DNA of 64,000 nucleotides from Cyanophora paradoxa CCMP329 (lineage: Eukaryota; Plantae; Glaucophyta): the NCBI GenBank assembly GCA_004431415.1, contig QPMI01000625.1:62001-126000 (forward strand), given 5' to 3'. Made by a program: the position numbers and the translations under genes. The notes below the pieces were generated by a model. The model ran no database searches, was not told the DNA's origin, and saw nothing but the letters and a program-made list of their open reading frames with translations. Positions 12,921-21,420 of the stretch are shown here, one piece after another. Position 1 is the first letter of the stretch. Every line of letters starts with the position of its first letter.

Positions 12921-15900
12921 CTACGCTTCCGACACGGAAACGACCTCTGAACCTGCAACATGAGCCCCGCTGGCCTTCACGACCGTCGCCCCATCGTCCT
13001 TCGGGGGAGCCTTGCCTTCAGGATTGTGGGCTGGGGCGTGGGGGCCAGCGCTGCCTTCGCCACCAAGCATCATAGCCGAGGCCTTGTGGACCTTGGGCGG
13101 GATGTAGATGAGGCGGAGCATGATGGACCACGGAAGGCAACCAGCGCCGAGGGCGACACAAAGAAGCCACAGGTGCCACGGCAGGCGCATAACCGAGAAC
13201 GCTTGATACGCCGCTTCAATGGTAATCACCTGGGAATTAACCATCAGAAAAAAATCCTGTGAGATAGTGCACATGGGCGTGCCTGGATGCCGCCGATGAC
13301 GAGGATGATGATGGGGAAAAGCGGGTTGGTGTGGATTCCCTTGAACACGTTCCATTCGCTCGGGGCGAGCTTGCGACAGTTGATCTCGTTGAAAATCTGC
13401 TGGAAGACGAAGCTGTTGAAAATGAGGGTGTTCAGCAGCTCCTCCGTGACGAACGGGTCTTTGGGAATGCTGCAAGTCTGTGTCATGGCGGACAACGGCG
13501 TAATCCGGACTGCATAACAGGCGACAACGCTCACGTCTTGACTTCGTAGCAGAAGTTTACATTCTGAAGCTCCTTGAAAGCGGTCGGGTGTTCAAGGGCG
13601 AGGGGAGCAACGTCCCATTTCGCGTACGGGAGGGGAGTAGGAGTCGGGGTCGGAGCGCCGGGGATGACCGCCGGAAGAGCGCAAACGCACTCTGCCGGGA
13701 TGGTGTACTTGTGGACGCAGTGCGCACAGATATCATGCTTGAACAAGGAGCTGCCTGCATAGAGGAGCACGAACTGGACCGTGACCTGGTAGAGTGCCTG
13801 CCCAAGAATATGCTTCCACATCTCCCTCGAGATGAGTGGCTCGAAGCGCCCATAGGGCTTCCGCTTGAGCAGAAGAGGAGTTGGCTTCTCTGTGCCGAGG
13901 GCCAAGGCACCAAGCGTGCTGCGCGTCGCGTTTAGAGATTTTCAGCACAAGGGCTCTACGATGCAGAGCGCACTCCATAATAAGGTTGACCCACAAAAGC
14001 TGAATGGGCTTGAGGGGGCGTCCCTTGCCAGTAACAGCCGAGATGAAAGCGACAGTGAGGGCGCACACGTTGACAGTCAGCTGAAACTGGACGAATTTGC
14101 GAATGTTGTCGTAGACGCAGCGTCCCCACATCACAGCTTTGACAATGGACGTAAAGTTGTCGTCCATGAGAATGACGTCCGCGGCCTCTTTGGCCACCTC
14201 TGTGCCCGAGATGCCCATCGCCAGACCCACATCGGCCTCCTTGAGCGCTGGAGCATCGTTCGTTCCATCTCCAGTGACAGCGACGACCTCGCCGAGAGTC
14301 CGCAGGCGGTTGACGAGAACAAACTTGTCGTTGGGGGATGAGCGAGCCAGCACCTGCAGATACGGTCAGAATGCGCGAGGAGAGGCACAGCACGCTGCCA
14401 CTCGCCTGGAGCTTCGGCAGAATGGCGTCCATCTCCTCTGGAGAAAGCTTGCGGAAGTCGGGGCCCTCCATAGCGAGGCCATCGTTGGTGAGAATGCCGC
14501 ACTCGCGGGCGATGTGCTTCGCAGTGAGGATGTTGTCGCCAGTCACCATTCGCACCATAATACCCGCAGTGTGGCACTCTGCAACGGCCGCCGGCACTTC
14601 CTGCCGCACCGGATCCTTGATGCCCACGAGGCCGATGCAAACCATCTGGTTGTCCGGGGCAGCGTTGTCCCATTCGGGGTCATCTGTGGGCAGGTCCTTG
14701 TAGGACAGGCACAGAGTACGAAGACCTTGGGAAGCCATGTTGACGATAAGGTCGCCAAGAGCCTTGCGGTCGCCCTCGCTCATCTGAGTTGGCACGCCAG
14801 CCTTGTCGAGGACGTGGGTGCAGAGATCGAGCACGATCTCTGAGGCGCCCTTGCAGTACAGCCGGAATCCGCCATCCGCCTTCTTCACGATGACACTCAT
14901 TCGCTTCTTCTCCGACGAAAACGCGTACCTAGCCGGGGCGGAGTCAGTGGCCAAAAAGGAATAAGAGAGCTAAAAAGGACCGCACAAGGAGCGAACAGTG
15001 CTCGATTTGCGGATCTCATCATAGTCATAGCCGAACTTGCGGATCATCATCAGGAGGGCACACTCGGTCTTCGAGCCGACGAACTCGACAACACCATTGG
15101 GCAGGTTGTTCAGGTACGCCTTTGAGTTGTTGGCGACGCCATCAGTGATAACCTTAAGTACAGCGGGGCTGAACTCTTCCGCAGGGGGCACGTTCTCATA
15201 GAAGCGGCCATTGAAAAAGCACTTGACGACAGTCATACGATTCTCGGTCAAGGTGCCCGTCTGCAAGTCTTGCGATTAGCATCTTCGCTTGTTGTGGACG
15301 GAGCGAAAGAGATTACCTTGTCGGAGCAGATGTTTGTGGCACCGCCCATTGTCTCGCACGCATCGAGATGCCGGACTAGGTTGTTGTCGATCATCATGCG
15401 TTTCATGGAATACGCGAGTGCGATCGTCACGGCGAGAGGGAGACCTGCAACAAATCTGCTTCAGAAATACTTTCCTGGGTCACAAATACCAGCATAATGC
15501 ACCCTCGGGGACGGCGACGACGATGATGGTGATGGCCATGATGAAGTAGCTGAGAATCAAGTTGGCCTGCGAGCGCTTCCACTGCTCCTCCACGTCCGTG
15601 CACTGCGCATACGCGGCGCCCCAGATAACGATGAGGGCGATGAAGGTAATGACGGAGACTGCAACTCCGACGTTGCCGATCAGTTTCGCAAGATCCACTA
15701 GACGAGCTTGAAGAGGAGTAAGGCTGTCATCGTCCTCCGCTGTTGCGAGTCACTCAGTTGACACTTTGCCACTCTTGCGAAAGGAAAGCGACCGCACCGA
15801 GGCGAGACATCGTCATTCCCCACTCCGAGTTTTCGCCAACAGCAATAATAAGCATGCGGCCAACCCCGGAGGCAACTTGACAGCCACTCAGCAGAAAAGG

Positions 15901-16576
15901 CTTGTTCTTGTTCTTCTTGATCATGTCGGATTCTGCGAATAAAAAAAGAGGCTCGCTTCAGGAGACAGCGTAAAGTGCTGTGATTAATACAGGGCCCACC
16001 CCCCGTCATAGCCGACTCGTCTGTCTCAAGATTGAAGCCCTCGATGAACACGCCATCAGCGGGGACCTGGTCGCCGGTGTCTAGAATGACGACCTCGCCG
16101 ACGTTGATGTCATAGATAGAAACTTGAGTCGCATGCCCACCGCGGACGACTTTAACTTTGCGGTTGTTCTGTCGGAGCATCAGAAGCCGAACCCGCGCAG
16201 ATATGAAGCGCAGACACCTTCACGCCATTGAGACTGCGGAACTGGCGGTCTTTTTGCCAGTCGTTGAAGGCGGACACGAATGATACAGTGAACACGACGA
16301 CAAGGATGGCCAGGCCCTCCACGTAGCCCGGAAGCTCGCTCACGGAATGCGCGTGGTCGAACTTGTATAGACACTGCTTGTTGGCTTCTTCAACCCACGG
16401 ATACATCGTCTTGTTGAAAGCGGCTGATCCATACTGAGATGGCCCGTTCCATATCTTCAGCTTCTCCTTCTCGTTGTTCTCGTCCCTGTCCGCCTTCGCC
16501 GTGTCGCAGGAGAACAGATCGCCTCCGTGGCTATTGGGAACAGCAACACCAATGATGATGTTCACGATGGTTGAGC
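12921..16576 (-). CDS. P-type IIB (PMCA/ACA-like) Ca2+-transporting ATPase, multi-exon; N-terminus before TM1 not found
   Basis: Motifs [28 protein letters not shown]|TGTLT phosphorylation site, [59 protein letters not shown]. Confidence 0.9.
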
Positions 16577-17364
16577 TAATAGGCCAGGAGGTGTTGAGAT
16601 CACCCAGCAATTTGAGCAGCCAACATCCATCGCTCACTTTCGTTGCCGAAGGTACCACATGATACCATGAAGCTTGTCCCGGAGCTCCGCGAGCGCAACT
16701 TCGGGTCCCTCGTGCATTCATCCGTAGTTCTCTAGTCCTGCAGCATTTCATGATCCTGTCGTCCCTGCAGGAGGGAGGACCGACAGGCACGGAGAAGGAT
16801 GCTGCGCCTGGGGAAGGCTACCCGGGGTGCTTGAGTCTCGTGGCCGCTCCCTCGCTTTTGGTAACGCTGAAGTGCTGTGGCGATCCAGCGTGTGGGCCCA
16901 AGATGCAAAAAGCGCCGACTCCAAGCATCATGGATCTGAGAGTGTGAACAGTGTATGGCATATCTTTATTCGCATCCGCATCATTGGTCCTGAAAATCAT
17001 CAGGTTTTCCGGAGGGTTATGACTCTGCTGGAGCATGTAGAGAAGCAGTACTCCGGTACGCACTCCGCTGTTTTCGTTATTTCGTTTTGAAGACCCAGTT
17101 TCAGGTCGCAAAGTGCTTTTCGTAAGCCATGGAGATGTTTTGCAGATACTGCAGTGTGGTATCGCTGGCGATGATTTGCGCATGCATACCCGCTATGCTC
17201 TATCAACCGCTGAGCTTCGAGAGCTCAAGCCGGGGCGCCCTCAGGTTACGAAGTGCTCTTCGTAAGCCACGGGGATGTTTTGCAGATTTTGCAGCATGGA
17301 CTTCGATTTTCAGAGCTCGGTGCTCTCGGGCCTTATGTATCGAACTGAAACGACTTCTGTCTTG

Positions 17365-17895
17365 ATTTGATCCCCCTCTTTGATCGCGATTGCGATTCAA
17401 TGGGGATCGACGCCCCATTTCGCGTACGGGAGGGGAGTTGGGGTCGGGGTCGGAGCGCCGGGGATGACCGCCGGAAGAGCGTTGGACGTAGGGGTTGGGT
17501 GACTGCGTTCAGCGTAGACAGAGCTAGCTAGCTGTGTACTACGCCTGTCTGGGCTACGCATAGGAAGGTGCGGCCCTCGCCGTTGCCGGCCCGGCCGTTG
17601 CCCCCCCGAGGCCCGTAAGGGGAGTAACGCTCCACCCCCGCACAGCCTAGGCCGCGTGCGTGTCGTGTGCAGCATCATCGTCGTCGTTCTTGGGCGGTGG
17701 GAGTTCCTTTTGATCTTGTGATTGCACTGCACTGCACTTAAGCGCTTAGGTCGGACATCTTTAATTGCGATTACGATAGCCCAACATCTTTAGGCCCTGA
17801 GGGGTCGGACATCTTAAGCTTTGATTGCGATTACGATTAGGGGTTGGATGAATGAGCTTAGGTCGGACGTCTTTGATTACGATTACGATTAAATA
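17365..17895 (+). repeat. Cluster of degenerate 33-34 nt TTAGGGG-containing units around a family A fragment
   Basis: GGTCGGACATCTTTAATTGCGATTACGAT, CTTTGATTGCGATTACGATTAGGGGTTGGA and GGTCGGACGTCTTTGATTACGATTACGATTA at 17749-17891; partial units at 17377-17410 and 17481-17500. Confidence 0.8.
17503..17708 (+). mobile_element. Non-autonomous repeat family A, truncated copy
   Basis: CTGCGTTCAGCGTAGACAGAGCTAGCTAGCTGTGTACTACGCC... nearly identical to 36317, 40279 and the reverse strand at 27196. Confidence 0.85.
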
Positions 17896-18244
17896 CTAGG
17901 TCTTCGACTTGCCCCCCGGGCCCGCCCCCTGATCGTCTCAGGATGTGCAAGGTGGGGTCTAATTATATAATTCGAAATAAACAGAGATGGCGCCGGCAGT
18001 TGCAGGCTGCAGCTCGGGCGCGCTCGCTAGGCGGCGTAGGCCTGGGCCTGGAGCCAACTGGAATATCGAAATCGAAATTGAAGTGCCACGGTGGAACAAA
18101 TAGCCCTGAGCCCTGCTGGCATCGCCACCGCCTGCCGAGCCTCCGCCCCGCGCCCCGTGCCTCCGCCCTGCCGGGCGAGCCGCTCCGCCACCCTTTCGAT
18201 TTCGAGCTAAAGGGGGGGAGGGGGGGTGCTTCGATTTGGCGGGA

Positions 18245-18416
18245 TTCGATTTCGATGCTGGGATGCAGCTGTAAGAGTGCTCGCTGACATCCTTTGTTCA
18301 CGGTGCAGGCAAACTGAGGAGCTTCAAAGGCAACAGGCAAAGCTGGAGAGCGGCAGGCAACAGGTTGAAGTTTTGCGGAAAAAATTCAACCCTCTCAACA
18401 AAATTATTACCCTGCA
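18245..18416 (+). pseudogene. Fragment (intron plus exon) paralogous to the BTB-DUSP gene at 39 kb
   Basis: GTAAGAGTGCTCGCTGACATCCTTT...GCAGGCAAACTGA..GAGCTTCA...GCGGAAAAAATTCA.CCCTCTCAACAAAATTATTAC matches 39225-39380. Confidence 0.75.
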
Positions 18417-18984
18417 GCTGGTTTGTAATCTAAGGGGTGACTGAGCGTATGTCGGACGTCTTTGATCTGCGATTACGATTAGGGGTTGGATATCGATGGC
18501 TGACTCAGTGAGCTTCAAGGCTTCGGTCGGGCGTCCTTGATCATGATCTACTTGGGCTATCGATATCATAGTATCGATTGATGCCCCTATCGATATCGTT
18601 CGGTGCCCGAAGTTTGCTATGCCACATGCCATGATGGGCAGTGTACAGTTTGCTATGCCACATGCGCAGTATACATCCCACACTTGTAGCCCGAACGGTG
18701 CGATTTAGTTCGTGTCCAAATGCGAGTACAACTATATCATGGCATAGTGTTCAATGAAGGGGATGAGAGGAGAGAACAGCCCGGACCTGCGTTTTGAGTA
18801 CGTGTCCAAATGCGTCTAGCTGCAGCAAAAAAAACTTGAAAACTGGGCCCTTATCATGATCATGAGGGGTTGGGCCCCTGTGTGCTTCCCGCGTCTATGA
18901 TCATGATCATGATTACGATTACGATTAAGCTCAAAACTTTTGAAAGCGGAAGAGGAAGCTCGAATTGTGCGGGCACCTCTAGCT

Positions 18985-19156
18985 GGACCTAGCTATAGCC
19001 AGAGTGTCCGCGGGGAGGCGCATTACTCTCCTTAGGGGGCCACGCAGGGCCCGGCCGGCCAGCTCGCTGGTGGGCTGGGCCCGCGGCTACGGCGGCCGCA
19101 GTGTACATTCCCACGCTTGTAGCCCGGAACTGTGTTTTAGTACGTGTCCAAATGCG
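18985..19156 (-). mobile_element. Non-autonomous repeat family B copy
   Basis: Reverse complement of CGCATTTGGACACGTACTAAAAC...CCCTAAGGAGAGTAATGCGCCTCCCCGCGGACACTCTGGCTA seen at 26237-26395 and 50451-50630. Confidence 0.8.
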
Positions 19157-19411
19157 AGAGTAAGTCACAGATACAGCGGAGTGTGTGTGGAGTGTGGCGG
19201 GCAGGAGAGGGGGGAGGGAGGGAGCTATCCGCGGAGAGGGGCTGGAAGACGGGGCTGGCGAGGTGTGACGTGGTCAGGGCGGAGTGTCCGTTAGCCGCTA
19301 GTCTACATCTAAACTAAAGATGATAAGAGATGATACTACGGATCTGTGGTACTCTTTTCGCCTGTCCAAAAGGGCGATTGTCAATATACACACTATGCAG
19401 AAAATTTCAAA

Positions 19412-21345
19412 TCATGCGCACAGGGGGCAGGTGGCTGACCAGCATCGCACCAACGCCCACCATCAGTGGCTTCGCTGCCAGTCTTGCCATTCTCGACATT
19501 GACAATCAGGTCCTTATCCTCACGCTGACGCTCCAGCTTACTCCGCAGCTCTTTCTCTCGGCTCTGCCCCTTCCTGGGCCTGGGGCTCCGACTACGGCTT
19601 CTGCTGTGGCTTCGTTTGCGCCCACGCCTGTGCCGACCATGCTCTCGATCCCGGCTGCGGCTGTGATCTTTGCTGCGGCCTTGACTCCGGTCCCTGCTGC
19701 TGTCCCTGCTCCGGTCCCTGCTCCGGTCCCTGCTCCGGTCCCTGCTCCTGCCCCTGCTCCGGTCCCTGCTCCGGTCCCTGCTCCTGCCTCTGCTCCGTCC
19801 ATCCGTGTGCTCCTTGCTGCGATTGCGACTGCGGTCCCTTCGTGCTGTTCAGCGCACGAAACCGTGGAGATGCATAGGCGTAAATGCACCGTCGATCATG
19901 TCCTCGGTCCCGGTTACGGCTCCTGCTACGGCGATGCCCTCGGTCATCTCGGTCACCTTGGTCTTGCTCCTTGCGGCTATCACGTTCAGCAGCGCCAACA
20001 ACCACCTGCCCAGCAGATTCGGCATCGAGAGAAGGCAATGATTCCTGAGACAATTCTTGTTCACACAACATGCAAAGAAAGACTCGAACAAATACGTGTA
20101 CCTGTGCTTCTTGTGCCGGGAGAATGCCACTCAAGGCAGCAGGTACCACCTAAAGAAGCTTGGTACAAGGAAAGACTTGAAAAAATACACACGCACTGGT
20201 GCATCTTGTGCCTGTGCACTGGCTTCCTTCAAAGATGTGTAGGCGGGCACGATATGCTCGTAGAGCCGGAGTAGTGTACCCACGATGTTGTCCACCTCTG
20301 CGCGCGACCGAGCGTGAGCAGAAAGCCTACCGGAGCCATGACACATGAGTTAACGAACGATCTTTGGTGGTGTCGAAGACCTGCCACCATCCGATGTCTT
20401 CTGGAAGCGGAAGACCCACCTGCCTCGCCGCAAGCCAGATGGCGGCCGTAGCAATGCACTCAGGTCGATGTAGCACACAAAGATCGGTGTGAAGACTGCT
20501 GGTGCTGTCACGAATCAAGCTCATCTTTGAAGGCGGGCATTCCCACCTGTCATTGACGTAATGCCAGGCAACCCGCGCCACCGCTTCAATGAGACGCTTG
20601 TCATTGCCGAGGTACTGCATGTACGATGTCACGTATTTGTGAGGGTGCTCCACGTGCAGGATGAAGCCGAGCTCCTTCAAAATATAGCGTTCTGCTTTCA
20701 CCACCTGGTCCTTCATGTCGTAGTAGGCCTGCCGATCGCTGAGCGCCGTCAGGGCTTCGGGCACTAGCAGGGCGGACCTGAGACAGAGGATCCAGGACGT
20801 CCGTGGGCGACTTCCCAGACTTCTTTTGGAACAGGTGATGAAAAACGTTCATAACGTCTCGCAGCTTCTTCGGCGTCTCCTCGATCTTCGAAGAAAGAAA
20901 CAGCGCAGCCACTGCCACGTCCTGCCATTGCGCTCGGGCTCGGCAGCTTGAGGAGGGCGCTGGCCGCAGCGCTGCGGACCTTCACGTCGTGCCTCCGGAA
21001 CGAGCGGACGTGGTAGAAGCGGTGGAAGATGACCTGCCCCGTTGCGATAGTTACCTGTGGCCTGCGTACCAGTCAAGGAAGCGGGAGGGAGACGCAAACG
21101 TCAGCGGCGCGAGGCGCACAGCTTCAGCAGGATCCCAGCTTCGTGGATGAGCTGGCTCCCGTACATTCGCTGGCTGAACTCGGTCTCCTCGTCCACGGCA
21201 TCCTGGCGGCTCGGCGTATTCGCGTACTGCGCCGGCGCTCAGCGCTCGGCCGGAGCCGGATACGCGCCGGAGCGAGGCGCGCCTGCTCAGGCGTGATGTA
21301 AAAATTGTTCGAGATGACCCGCGTGGGCCTGCGCGCAGCGTACAT
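19412..21345 (-). CDS. CCNL1: Cyclin L with C-terminal RS domain (multi-exon)
   Basis: TPSRQDAVDEETE, AGILLKLPQVTIATGQVIFHRFY, SKIEETPKKLRDVMNVF, MKDQVVKAERYILKELGFILHVEHPHK, VNDSLHTDLCV; RSRDRSRD tail encoded by a 12-nt tandem repeat; stop TGA at 19414-19412. Confidence 0.9.
19686..19790 (-). repeat. 12-nt tandem repeat (CCGGTCCCTGCT)n encoding the RSRD repeats of cyclin L
   Basis: About 8 near-perfect units visible. Confidence 0.85.
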
Positions 21346-21420
21346 TGGCCCGCAGCCTGACAGGCCCTAACTTTTGCTGGGGGTACGGCGGTCGGCCAGT
21401 TTGCAAGGAAACGAGGTTCG

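Noticed and set aside
17365-17895. 34-nt repeats with intervening unique sequence as a CRISPR array
   Set aside because: Repeats are degenerate and partial, spacing is irregular, the context is eukaryotic and there are no cas genes; kept as a junction-motif finding
19330-20274. 314-aa plus-strand ORF with PAPV repeats
   Set aside because: Antisense reading of the cyclin L RS-domain repeat
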